A DNA stretch of 64,000 nt from an uncultured Planctomycetota bacterium (GTDB taxonomy: Bacteria > Planctomycetota > Planctomycetia > Pirellulales > Lacipirellulaceae): positions 1,152,001 to 1,216,000 of the forward strand of contig CAVRBU010000002.1 in the NCBI GenBank assembly GCA_963719315.1, in the 5' to 3' direction. This document shows positions 52,470-63,650 of this stretch, in pieces. The number at the start of each line of letters is the position of its first letter. The stretch's first letter is position 1. The notes below the pieces were generated by a model. It was not told where the DNA came from, did not search any database, and saw only the letters and a list, made by a program, of their open reading frames with translations. Both the position numbers and the translations under genes were made by a program.

Positions 52470-53787
52470 ATGAGTAGCAATGCATCGGGTGAACCAATAC
52501 AAATGCAAAACGGCAGCCTGGCTGTGCCGAACCGGCCCTTCATTCCGTTCATTGAGGGAGATGGCACCGGGCCCGATATTTGGCGCGCAAGCAAACGCGT
52601 GTTCGATGCGGCCGTGGCGAAAGCCTATGGCGGCGAGCGACAAATCGTGTGGCAGGAGGTGCTGGCTGGCCAGAAATCGTTCGATAAGTCGGGCAGTTGG
52701 CTGCCGGATGAGACACTCGATGCGTTCCGCGAAATGCGTGTCGGCATCAAGGGCCCGCTCACGACGCCGGTCGGTGGTGGAATTCGCTCGCTCAATGTAG
52801 CCCTGCGGCAGTTACTGGATTTGTACGTGTGCCTGCGGCCGGTGAGATACTTCCAAGGCGTGCCTACCCCAGTGAAGCAGCCCGAGCTCGTCGACATGGT
52901 CATCTTCCGCGAGAACACCGAAGACATCTACGCCGGCATCGAGTTCGCCGGCGGCACCCCCGAATGCCAGAAGGTGCTCGACTTCCTCGGGCAAGAATTC
53001 GCGAAAGTCGCGGGCAAGATTCGTTTCGGCACAAAAGAGAAGAGCGCGGCCTGGCAGAAGCAGCTTGAAACGATCGGCGCGCCCCATCGCGATCCGGCGG
53101 TTGAAGTCGGCATCGGCATCAAACCAATCAGTTATCTCGGAACTGAGCGGCTCGTGCACAGTGCGATCGGCTATGCAATCCAGAATAAGCGCAAGAGCAT
53201 TACGCTTGTGCACAAGGGCAACATCATGAAATTCACGGAAGGCGGCTTTCCGCGATTGGGGCTATCGCGTAGCCCGCGATTTCTACGGCGCACAAGAAAT
53301 CGACGGCGGCCCGTGGTGCAAAATCCCAGAAGGTAAGCCGGGCGGCGGCATGGTCATCAAAGACGTGATCGCCGACGCGTTCCTGCAACAGATACTCACG
53401 CGACCAGCCGAATACGATGTAGTCGCCACGCCGAATCTCAACGGCGATTACATCAGCGACGCCCTCGCCGCGTGCGTTGGCGGCATCGGCATCGCACCAG
53501 GCGCGAACATCAACTACGTCACCGGCCATGCCATCTTTGAAGCCACGCACGGCACCGCGCCCAAATACGCCGGCCAGGACAAAGTAAACCCGGGCTCCGT
53601 CATCCTTTCCGGCGAGATGATGCTGCGGCACATGAAATGGAACGAAGCCGCCGACCTCATCAACCGCGGCATGGAAGGCGCAATTGCCGCGAAGACCGTA
53701 ACCTACGATTTCGCCCGCATGATGCCCGCCGCGCACGAAGTAAAATGCAGCGAATTCGGCGAAGCGGTCGTGAAGCACATGGGTTAG
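52470..53787 (+). CDS. icd: NADP-dependent isocitrate dehydrogenase, with a frameshift near 53248
   Basis: [48 protein letters not shown], then NLNGDYISD and FEATHGTAP in the next frame. Confidence 0.95.
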
Positions 53788-53900
53788 CGGCCTATTTCCT
53801 GGCGGCGCCGGTAGACTAAAATGGAATGGTGGCGTCGGCAGATTGCAGGCTCGCAGTCCCGGCCGTCGGCTCGATCCCCCTCGTCCATTTCAGTTTTGCC

Positions 53901-55177
53901 ATGCCCGACGGCGATTCCACGACCGAATCAAACTCACGCCGGACTTTGTCGCCAAACGGCGCGTCCACCGCGACCGAGCCGAATCAAGACGATCTCACTG
54001 TCGTCTCGACGTCACCGCCGCACGAAATGGGCGCCGTCGCGGCGATGCTTGATCCGCGGCAGCTCGGTCAGGCGCTCGAAGGCCAGCAGCTCGACCACGT
54101 ACTGTTGCAGAAGTTTGTCGGCGGGGGCGGCATGGGGGCCGTCTTCCGCGCGTGGGACACGAGCCTGCATCGGACCGTGGCCGTGAAGGTCTTGTCCCTA
54201 CGCCAAGCCGGCGATAGCGAAGGCCAGCGGCGGTTCCAGACCGAAGCCCGCTCGGCCGCCCGGTTGGATCATCCGAACATCGCCCGCGCACACTACGTCG
54301 GCGAAGATCGCGGCTTGCAATACATCGTGTTCGAATTCATCGACGGCGCCAACGTCCGCGATCTCGTCTATGGCAATGGGCCGTTCCAGTTGGGCGATGC
54401 ACTCAATGTAGCGCTGCAAATAGCGGCGCGCTGGGCCACGCGTGGGAACGGGAGGTCGTGCATCGGGATATCAAGCCGTCGAACATCATCATCGCGCAGG
54501 ATGGATTGGCAAAGCTCGTCGATATGGGCCTCGCGCGGCTCGAATACATCGAGCAAACTGAGAAAGATGAAACGGCGACCGGCGTGACATTGGGCACGTT
54601 CGATTACATTAGTCCCGAGCAAGCCCGCAACCCGCGCGACGCCGATATTCGCAGCGATATCTACTCACTCGGCTGCACGCTGTTTTTCATGCTCACGGGC
54701 AGGCCGCCGTTTACCGAAGGAACGGTGCTGCAAAAACTGCTCGCGCATCAAGGCGATCCGCCGCCGGACGTCCGCGAGCTGCGAGCCGATGTCCCCGACA
54801 TGCTGGCGGCAGTGCTCGCCACGATGCTTGCCAAGCGGCCGGAAGAGCGCTTCCAAACGCCGATTGATCTGTCGGCCGCACTTACGAGTTGCATCGAACA
54901 ATTGGGCCTGGCTCCGCCGCCGGCCGCCCTGCCGGTGTATATGGGAACCTGGGCGCCGCCGGCGCATTGGTGGCGGCGGCATGCGCCGTGGATCGTGCCG
55001 TTCGCCTGCCTGGCTGCCACGGTTCTCGTTTTAGCGATCCTGTGGCGCCACCAAGCGACCGAACCAAACTTCCCCGAGTTGCGGTCTCCGCAGTCGATGC
55101 AGTCGGCGTCCCCCACCGAAAGCCGCGCGCCCGGCATTCTAGACGCGCAACCGGCGGCGGAATCGCCCACTCAGTAA
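53901..55177 (+). CDS. Ser/Thr protein kinase with TM helix, with a frameshift near 54425
   Basis: GGGGMGAV, VAVK, HPNI, then HRDIKPSN, DMG, YISPEQ. Confidence 0.9.
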
Positions 55178-55384
55178 TGCCGGGCCTCATCTCGCTCTCA
55201 TAGTGTTGCAGCTTTTCTCGCGGCGTAGAAGTACCCGCAAGAAGTAGCTGAACTCGCAATAGTTCAGTAGCGCGAGTCCCCTCGGAATCCTTGCGAATTC
55301 GGCTACCGCGGGGTTGATTGCCGCCGCAGGGCTAATGTTTTTCGCGCAAATCTGCTACCATCCGGCGATTCGCCAGGAGGTCGC

Positions 55385-57433
55385 ATGCAAGACGCGCAAG
55401 TTGAATCACCCGTCCAGCACGAAACACTGTTCGGGCACCCGGTTGGCCTGTACACGCTGTTCTTTGCCGAAATGTGGGAACGGTTCTCCTACTACGGCAT
55501 GCGGGCGCTACTAACGCTCTACATGATCAAGGGCTTCCTGGGCTACAGCGACGAATCCGCGATTGCGGTCTACGGCGCTTATACTGCTCTGGTCTACGTA
55601 ACCGGCTTCGTCGGCGGCATGTTGGCCGATCGACTCCTTGGTACTCGCCGGGCCGTTGTCTTGGGCGGGCTCTTGATGTCCGCGGGCCACTTGATGATGA
55701 CCGTGCGAGATGCAACGGCGTTCTATCTCGCCCTCTCGCTGTTGATCGTCGGCAATGGCTTTTTCAAGCCGAACATTTCGACGACCGTCGGTTCTCTCTA
55801 CGAGCCCGGCAGCCCCCGGAAAGACGGCGGTTTCACGATTTTCTACATGGGAATCAACCTGGGCGCCGCAATCGCACCTCTAATATGTGGATTCGTTGGC
55901 GACAAATACGGTTGGCATTACGGCTTCGGCCTCGCGACGATCGGAATGTTGGTCGGACTCGCGGTTTTCGTCGCGCCAATCCGCGTGACGCAAGTCCTCA
56001 TATTGGGTGGAGCGCTTGCGACAGCGATTGGAATGCTGTTCATGCAGAACAACGTTTATCAGCTAGTAATCAATATCTTCTCTGGCTTGGCACTCGCGGC
56101 CGCTGGCGTCATCTCCTTCATCGCGCTGGGTCGCGGTGGCTTGCCCGCTGCTGCGGGAGCGCCGCCCGACCCGGGTCTTTTGCGGCGCATGGTGGGGCCG
56201 CTGCGATTCGATCTACTTGTGTACATAGGGGCCCTGCTGACCGTGCCCGTTTTCGCGCTCCTGCTGCAACGTAATTTGATTGCCATGACATTACTTTATG
56301 CCTCCGGAGTCGTGGCACTCGTGTTTCTGCTGTGGGAGGCGGTCAGGCGCTCGAAAGTCGAGCGCGAACGAATGTTCGTCATTGTCATTCTGACGTTCTT
56401 TTCAATTGTCTTCTGGGCGAGCTTCGAACAAGCCGGCAGTTCCATGGCAAACTTCGAAGACCGCAATGTCGATCGCGTTTTCGAAAGCCAAACGGTGACG
56501 GAGAGCGAAGTCGGCACGCAGATTCGCTTCCGCATCCTGCAACAAGCCGACACCAGTCAGCTCGCCGCCCTGCCCCTTCTAACTCAAGAGCAACTCGGCC
56601 GCCAGAACGACGATCCGGGAATGGCTGCCCAAATTGGCGAAGCCATGCGGCTCGTGAATAACGACAAACCTTCGGCGAAACAATTACCCGCGGACGAACT
56701 TGCCAGTTTCATCAAGCGAACCACCGAGACTAAGGCACTTCTGCTCACGGGGCTCGATTCACTCCGCGGCGCAGCCGCCCTGAAAGGCGCCCCCTCAAGC
56801 TTGCAAACACTCGAATGGAAAGTCGCCCCGGAAAACGTTGGCATGGGCCTGGGTGGCAGTGAAATTGCCACGCCCATGTTCCAAGCCGCGAACCCGATTT
56901 ACATCCTGCTCTTCGGCCTCGCATTCACGGCATTGTGGACCACGCTGGCAGCGCGCGGCATCGAACCCAGTGTTCCCATCAAGTTCTCATTGGCACTGGT
57001 CCAACTCGGCCTTGGATTCGGCGTGCTCTGGTACGGCGCACAATTCGCCGCCGATGCGCACGGCATGGTCGGAATGCCCTTCCTGCTCTTCGGAATTTTG
57101 TTGCACACGACTGGCGAACTCTGCACTTCGCCGATTGGGCTCTCGATGGTTTCCAATCTGTCGCCAAAGTTACTCGTGAGTACGGTGATGGGGGCGTGGT
57201 GGGTCGGCATGGGAATTGCCAACGCGCTGGCGTCCGTGGTCGCCGGCCATACAAGCGTGGGAAGTGACGAAGCGGGTGGCCCCCAAGTGATTCCACTCCC
57301 AATCGAAACGGTCCACACCTATGGAAGGGTCTTCGGGCAGATCGCCATCGCGGCGTTTATCGCGGCTGTCATTTGCTTCTGCTTATCACCACTCCTAACC
57401 AAGTGGATGCACCCCGAGGCGAAGCCTGAATAG
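55385..57433 (+). CDS. POT/PTR family proton-dependent oligopeptide transporter
   Basis: EMWERFSYYG, GNGFFKPN, FYMGINLG; AGGAGG RBS. Confidence 0.95.
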   Translation: MQDAQVESPVQHETLFGHPVGLYTLFFAEMWERFSYYGMRALLTLYMIKGFLGYSDESAIAVYGAYTALVYVTGFVGGMLADRLLGTRRAVVLGGLLMSAGHLMMTVRDATAFYLALSLLIVGNGFFKPNISTTVGSLYEPGSPRKDGGFTIFYMGINLGAAIAPLICGFVGDKYGWHYGFGLATIGMLVGLAVFVAPIRVTQVLILGGALATAIGMLFMQNNVYQLVINIFSGLALAAAGVISFIALGRGGLPAAAGAPPDPGLLRRMVGPLRFDLLVYIGALLTVPVFALLLQRNLIAMTLLYASGVVALVFLLWEAVRRSKVERERMFVIVILTFFSIVFWASFEQAGSSMANFEDRNVDRVFESQTVTESEVGTQIRFRILQQADTSQLAALPLLTQEQLGRQNDDPGMAAQIGEAMRLVNNDKPSAKQLPADELASFIKRTTETKALLLTGLDSLRGAAALKGAPSSLQTLEWKVAPENVGMGLGGSEIATPMFQAANPIYILLFGLAFTALWTTLAARGIEPSVPIKFSLALVQLGLGFGVLWYGAQFAADAHGMVGMPFLLFGILLHTTGELCTSPIGLSMVSNLSPKLLVSTVMGAWWVGMGIANALASVVAGHTSVGSDEAGGPQVIPLPIETVHTYGRVFGQIAIAAFIAAVICFCLSPLLTKWMHPEAKPE

Positions 57434-57491
57434 AATTGGCCGATGGACCTTAGGGTGGGTCGAGTCTGCGAGACCCACCATGAATTACTAT

Positions 57492-57572
57492 GTAGCACGG
57501 ACTTCAGTCCGTACGAGAATCACGGACTGAAGTCCGTACTACAAGCTTGTTGTGCCGCAAATTAGGACTCCA
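57492..57572. repeat. Partial third copy of the REP-carrying MITE
   Basis: GTAGCACGGACTTCAGTCCG...CGGACTGAAGTCCGTACTAC plus the right end TTAGGAC. It is preceded by a REP (57450..57480) related to the one at about 38592..38622. Confidence 0.75.
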
Positions 57573-57739
57573 CTGCCGACAAGCATTGCTTGACAATCGG
57601 CCCGATTCCTGGTTATTTATAGAGGCTGCCCCGAATCGAGTCGGGATTAGTCCCCGTTTGCCGCCGCCGGAAAGTTGCGGCCCAAGCACGATCCTCCCAC
57701 CCACGAACTTTCCATTCGCATTTACACCGAGGTCCGACT

Positions 57740-58180
57740 ATGCGCTATCGCTGTTTGTTGATTGCCGCGCCAATTCTTGTCACCCTGGCTGCGAGCCAGC
57801 AGGCTGTTGCTATTCCCCTGTTTGCTAAGCAGTTTAAGAAAGATTACTTGGACAACCACGCCGATAAGAAATTTGCCCAAGAGGCCAGCAAGGCTCCGAA
57901 TAGCTGCTTGGTCTGCCATCAGGGCCTCAAAAAACGCAAGAATCGCAACGCATTTGGCAAGGAGCTCGCCAAACTGCTCAACAAGAAAACGGACTCGAAG
58001 ACCGACGAAAAGACACTCGCCAAGATTTCCGATGCACTCAAGAAAGTGTTGGCGATGCACGTCGATCCGAAGGACGAAAAAAGCGAAACCTACCTCGACC
58101 GCGTAAAGGCCGGCAAATACCCAGCTGGTTCGCTCGAAGATCTTAAGAAGGAAGCGGATGATTCCGAGGAGGAAAAGTAG
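57740..58180 (+). CDS. Secreted Lys-rich monohaem c-type cytochrome-like protein
   Basis: Signal peptide (AVA), CLVCH, RNAFG. Confidence 0.75.
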   Translation: MRYRCLLIAAPILVTLAASQQAVAIPLFAKQFKKDYLDNHADKKFAQEASKAPNSCLVCHQGLKKRKNRNAFGKELAKLLNKKTDSKTDEKTLAKISDALKKVLAMHVDPKDEKSETYLDRVKAGKYPAGSLEDLKKEADDSEEEK

Positions 58181-58204
58181 ATTCAAGCGAACAGCATTGA
58201 AATT

Positions 58205-58247
58205 GCGCGAGGCCGGCTTGCAACTCGCAACCGGCCTCGCGTCATTT
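58205..58247 (+). terminator. Hairpin terminator between convergent genes
   Basis: CGCGAGGCCGG/CCGGCCTCGCG stem. Confidence 0.65.
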
Positions 58248-58249
58248 TG

Positions 58250-59200
58250 CTAGGTCACTTCAAGGCGGATCGTCGTCGCGAAACGCTCGACCGGTTGCAA
58301 GACCTGCAGGCCCGTTTCGTGCCCTTCGGCCGAAAGCCGAATGGCATCGGGCACGCACGTGTACGGTTCCAGGCAAATCGCCTCGCGGTGCGGCGGCGTA
58401 TAGACAACGCATTGGGTAAAACTTTCGTCGAATGTTTGCGTTAGCGAGCGCGAACTGGCGGGCTCAACCAATCGCGTCCGCAACAAGCCGTCCGAATCCG
58501 GCCGGAGCTTCGTAAAAACTGTATCGAACTGATGATCGTCCAGCCGCAAGCCACCCGCTAGACGTTGGTTTTCGGAAAGCGATAAAATCCGGCCAGTCGG
58601 ATTCATCCGTTCGAGTTCCCAAAAGGCACCTACGGGCACGGTCACCAGCGTGTCGGCCGCTTTGCCCTCTTCCGCGAGCGGCATTCGAAAGTAGGCGTGC
58701 GTCGCAAAGCCGCACGGCAGCGCTCCGTCACCCGTATTCTCATATTGAATGTCGCTGATGAGCTCCGGCCCGCGCACTTCATACGAAACCCGAATTCGAA
58801 AGTCGGCCGGCCACCGCTTGAGGATCGCCGGATCGTCCACCGCCGCCTGAAATTCTCCGACAACTCGACTTGGTTGCTGTTCGATTACGCGCCACGGCCG
58901 ATTGTACACAAATCCGTGAATTGCATTCCCAAACGCATCGCCCGGCTCCAACTGATAATCGCGCCCATCAAATTCATATTTCGCGCCGCCAATACGCCCC
59001 GGGAACGGAAACAGCAGCGGAATCCCGCTTCCCGATGGCCGCTTGTCGCCCTCTGTAAAACCCGCATCGGCCCACAGCATTTCGCGCGGACCGTCGTCGA
59101 GCGCCGGCCGCCAACTAAAGCAATTGAACCCAAGGCTTACCAGAACTTGAGCGCTGGAGCCGTTATCCGGATCGGTAATTCCTACTATCTGTGCAGCCAT
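58250..59200 (-). CDS. Aldose 1-epimerase family protein
   Basis: LFPFPGRI, NAIHG, THAYF, ICLEP. Confidence 0.9.
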   Translation of the reverse strand: MAAQIVGITDPDNGSSAQVLVSLGFNCFSWRPALDDGPREMLWADAGFTEGDKRPSGSGIPLLFPFPGRIGGAKYEFDGRDYQLEPGDAFGNAIHGFVYNRPWRVIEQQPSRVVGEFQAAVDDPAILKRWPADFRIRVSYEVRGPELISDIQYENTGDGALPCGFATHAYFRMPLAEEGKAADTLVTVPVGAFWELERMNPTGRILSLSENQRLAGGLRLDDHQFDTVFTKLRPDSDGLLRTRLVEPASSRSLTQTFDESFTQCVVYTPPHREAICLEPYTCVPDAIRLSAEGHETGLQVLQPVERFATTIRLEVT

Positions 59201-59289
59201 GGCCTGAATCGTCCTCGGTCCGTTGTCGGTCGTCCGCCCGTCGTTGTAGAATATGAACGCACCACTGACAACCAACATCCGACGAATCG

Positions 59290-59363
59290 GGGCGATTAGC
59301 TCAGTTGGTTAGAGCGTCGCGTTTACACCGCGAAAGTCGGGGGTTCGAGTCCCTCATCGCCCA
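59290..59363 (+). tRNA. tRNA-Val (anticodon TAC)
   Basis: Acceptor stem GGGCGAT/ATCGCCC, anticodon arm TCGCG-TTTACAC-CGCGA, T loop GTTCGAG; CCA not encoded. Confidence 0.97.
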
Positions 59364-60523
59364 TTGGTACACTCTGAAAAATGCACGGCATGTTGTTTCT
59401 TCCGTCTTTTTCAGTGTCGCTTTTTTCTGTGTGCATCTCCATGCAACTCGATGCCGCTGTGTGCTGCACCGGATTATGCAGCGCGCTGCAGGCCGCATCG
59501 AAGTGGGCGTCGGTCACTTGAAGGTAATGCTGATCCGCGACCCTCTCGCTATTCCCCATGAACGCACAGACGACGTGCGACGGTAAGAACTCGGCAAGTT
59601 CAGTCTGGCGGGTGCTGCGAAGATTCTGGAAGAGTTTCGGCCATACTTTCAGCTTTGCAAGCTTGATGATCCGCCTTAACTGTGTCCTGAGATTGGTCTT
59701 GGCGTCGCGGTATCGAGTGATCACTGGGTCGCTCAACGGCGTGTCAAAGCCTGGATTGGCCGCATCACGAGCCGCTTCCAGGTGCGGCCGGAGCTCGGGG
59801 AACAACGGAATCACGCGAACTGCGTGTTCATCGCCGTGATGCTCGGTCTTGACGCAATGGATGGTTATTCGATTCGCCGTCCAATCGATATCACGCCACC
59901 GCAGCGCCATATGCTCTGATGGGCACCGAAGGCCCCCGTAGCGTGCCAAAGCGAATATGAGCTTCCATTCGTCGTCTGGACAGGCCCCAATGACTTTGTC
60001 GGCCTCGTCGCGTGTGATGAAGTAATAGCGGTCCTTGTTGCGTAGAACTGTAAGCCCCTTCATGTCGGAGAAAGGGTTTTCGGTAATCAGACGGCGACGC
60101 TGAGCCGCTCGGAAGAATTGCTTGGCGATGCCGCATCGGCGGCGGACGGTATTCAAGCTCAAACCCTGGCCAGCCGTTTCCTTGGGCTTTCCTTTTTCCG
60201 CAGCAAATACCGGCGGAAATCGTCGCATTCGTCCGGTGAAATGTCAGCGAGAGGCTTTTCGCGGCTGAAGAACTCCAGAAGGCAACGCTTCGTATGCCCA
60301 TACACCGTGCTGGTGCTGGACTTCACATCGGACCTGCCAACGATATACGAGTCCAGGAACGCTCCCAGGGAAAGCTGCTCCGGCGCCTTCCGTGGCTGTG
60401 CCAGGCCTACACCCACCAGCTTGTCATAGAGCGTAGGTGAGAGAGCGCCAAGCCATGACGCCGTTTCCTTGTCGATCGATACCTTGGAGATCTGGGCCGC
60501 GTTCAACGCCTCCACTTTCGTCT
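59323..60523 (-). pseudogene. Tyrosine recombinase/integrase, 5' end cut by IS5, with a frameshift near 60193
   Basis: SAM-like domain (ORF 60159..60515) plus catalytic domain GGLRCPSE, KTEHH, FQNLRSTR, MGNS, HYLQV; converges on the tRNA 3' end. Confidence 0.88.
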
Positions 60524-60525
60524 TA

Positions 60526-61446
60526 GGACCTATCCCAAAATACGTGAACGGGTGTTATTTCCGTGCGTAGGAAAAGGTGAGGAATGGTTTCCGTTCGAAT
60601 CTCGTCTTTGCTTGCACGGAGGTGTACATGCACTGCGATTGGCAGGGCAAATTTGCTTGGATGCCCGAAAAGCTTTGGCGGCAGCTTGAACCCTTGCTGC
60701 CGAAGTATCCGCGATCCACGAAGGTTGGGCGACCCCGCGCGAATCTGCCGCACCGTTGCCAGCGGCATTCTTTATCTGTTGCGCACCGGCTGCCAGTGGA
60801 AGGCGCTGCCGCCACAATTTGGCAGCCCCAGTACCGTTCATCGCTATTTCCAAGAGTGGACTCGCCTGGGTATTTGGCAACGGTTTTGGAAACGGGCGCT
60901 GGGGAAGTACGATCAGAAGCGCGGCATCGCTTGGCGCTGGCAGTCGGTGGACGGCGCGACAACTAAGTCGCCGCTGGGAGGGGAAAAAAACCGGGAAAAA
61001 CCCCACCGATCGAGGTAAGCTCGGAGTCAAGCGATCGGTCTTGACCGACGCCCGCGGCGTTCCTCTGGGCGTCGCGATTGACGGCGCCAATGCTCACGAC
61101 CAACGTCTTCTGCGCGACACGCTTCGCTCCATCCCGATTCGACGACCCAGCCGTCGGCGCAAGCAGCACCTGTGTCTCGACAAGGGATACTTTGGCGAAC
61201 CGTCGACAGCTACGGCGAATCGTTTCGGGTACGTGCCTCACATCCGCTGCCGTGGCGAGGAGCAGCGTCGCTGTCGCGCCGGCCACAAAGCTCGACGCTG
61301 GGTTGTCGAAGCCGCGCATTCTTGGACCAACCGCGCCCGCAGGCTCCTGATCCGTTGGGAAAAGAAGGCGGCTAACTATCTTGGGTTCGTTCATCTACAA
61401 TTCGCCCTCATCGCCTTAAGGCGATGTGGAATTTTGGGATAGGTCC
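60526..61446 (+). mobile_element. IS5-family insertion sequence with split transposase
   Basis: 16-bp TIR GGACCTATCCCAAAAT / ATTTTGGGATAGGTCC flanked by TA. Transposase motifs LRTGCQW, STVHRYF, NPTDRGKLG, LDKGY, RWVVE lie in three frames (shifts near 60750 and at GGGGAAAAAAA 60980-60990). Confidence 0.92.
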
Positions 61447-61963
61447 TAAGACTCCCGCGTCCATCGTGGGATGAACTCCTGGAATGAATGGACGGTGCTC
61501 AGGGAACCGATGTGCTTCTACGGCGTGGCATGTGAACAGCGATATTGCCGATCATGCCACTGTCTCGGCCGACTTCATGCCGGCTGGGGCCGACCGTCGG
61601 ATAGGGGTTTGAGTGCGTCACGCCGGCGATCAGCTCGGCCGGACGTAACCGAAAATGAGAATCGCACGCGCAGTCCGAAAGCCGTTTCGATCCGAGTCAC
61701 CTCGCCAATACCCGTTCGAGCCGCTCATTGACACTGCATAGGCCGCCGAGGCACACGCACTCGGGACCCAACCAGAAAGCGAGTCAACAAAGCCAGAAAA
61801 AACGGGACCAGATTCCGTACGCTCTCTTGACAGCCGAGGCCAAATAGGGGTTCGACATTGGTCACGAACGCAGCCCTTCGCAAGCAGCCAAGCGCTACCG
61901 GTTTCCGTTCCGTATTCGGTGGCCTCGATCACTGGCGAGAGCCGGCGTAAACTGTCACTGTTC

Positions 61964-63346
61964 ATGCCACCACGAATTCCATCTCCGAAGGACGCCAGCG
62001 GTCTTATGTTTGGGCTGGAAGACCGGCCTAACGTTGCCGCCAGCCTTGTGGCGCGATCCAACACGTGCTGGCAAGCGTCGTGGCGATCGTCATGCCGACG
62101 CTGGTGATCGGACACGCACTCAATCTCGGTAAAGAAATACCGCATTTGGTGAGCATGTCGCTGATCGTATCGGGTATCGGCACGTTTATTCAATCGCACC
62201 GATTGGGGCCAGTGGGATCGGGGCTGCTGAGTTTGCAGGGAACAAGCTTTTCCTTCGTGGGACCCATCATTGCTGCCGGCACAGCCTATAAGGTAACGGG
62301 GCACACGTCGGAGCAGATTCTAGCCCTTATCTTTGGACTGTGCCTTGCGGGTTGTGTCGTGGAAATCGGCATTAGCCAGTTCACCACGTCATTGAAGCGG
62401 ATCATCACACCGGCTGTCACGGGGACTGTGATCACTGTAATTGGCTTGTCGCTCGTCAAAGTGTCGTTCACGGAATTAGTCGGGGGCGACGCGTTGTCGG
62501 CAACAAACGGCCTAACGAACTTGGCCGTTGGTTTCCTGGTGGTGGCCGTAATCGTATGGATGAGTGTCCTCCAAAATTTTTGGCTGCGAATCATGGCGGT
62601 GATGACGGGCGTGTTTGTTGGTTTCGCCGTCAGTTGGTTACTGGGGATGGTAGACTTTACGCGACTCGGCGGCGACGCTTGGATTACCGTGCCGCAACCG
62701 TTGAAATACGGGCTCGATTTCGATTGGGTTTACGTTGCGCCCATTGCCCTCGTCTATCTGATCACCACGATCGAGACGACCGGCGACTTGACGGCAAACT
62801 CCGTGATCTCGGGCGAGCCGATTGAAGGCGACGTCTATCTAGCGAGGATTAAAGGCGGCGTGTTAGGAGACGGAGTCAATTCTGGTTTGGCCGCATTCTT
62901 CAACACGTTTCCCAACACGACGTTTTCGCAGAACAACGGAGTGATCCAAGTGACCGGCATCGCCAGCCGTCATCTTGCAGGCTATATCGCTGTAATCCTG
63001 GTCACCCTTGGATTATTTCCCGTACTCGGTAGTGCTTTGCGATTGATTCCTAGCCCGGTACTAGGTGGTGCAACCTTGGTGTTGTTTGGATCGATTGCCG
63101 TGGCGGGAATTCGCATCCTGGCATCGCAACCGTTTCGTCGCAAAGAGATTTTCGTTGTCGCACTGTCGTTAGCATGTGGGCTGGGCGTGGCGCTCGTACC
63201 CTGACGTCCTCAAGCCTTTGCCAACTTCGTTAGGAAAGGTATTTGAGTCTCCGATCACCACGAGCGGTGTCATCGCAATTCTGACGACGTTGCTCTTGCC
63301 TGGTGATCCTGACGGATCGAATGCCGCACCCAAAAATGTCGGTTAA
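61964..63346 (+). CDS. NCS2 xanthine/uracil permease, with frameshifts near 62053 and 63200
   Basis: FGLEDRP...QHVLA, ETTGD and the NAT signature SQNNGVIQVTG; continues VPDVLKPLP...ESPITTSG to TAA 63346. Confidence 0.88.
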
Positions 63347-63650
63347 AGTGCGGGAGCCATTTTCTCTACGAAATAGCGCGACCGTGTGGTTTACAGGGAC
63401 GGCGGGTAAGATTGACCCCGCTTTTTCGTTTGCGCCACGGAGTACTCTCCTCACTTCCTAGGTCTAACTCTCGGTGGTAGGTCCGAAAGGGCGCCGGTGT
63501 CGGGTCGCCGAGGTCAAACGGTATACGGCGTGGCCAAAGACTCTCCACCTCTCAGTTTTTTACTTGCACCGTGTGGACAAGCGAATGACGATGTTCCATT
63601 TAACGGTCCATTAATGACCCGCGTCAAGCGTTAACGAGTTGGTGAAACTG

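Noticed and set aside
53240..53255. Programmed frameshift in icd
   Set aside because: No slippery heptamer or precedent; fits the window-wide indel pattern.
60980..60990. Confident programmed frameshift in the IS5 transposase
   Set aside because: GGGGAAAAAAA is a plausible slippage site but cannot be told apart from a homopolymer error in this assembly.
61450..61960. Coding sequence or purine riboswitch upstream of the permease
   Set aside because: No convincing ORF and no recognisable purine riboswitch core.
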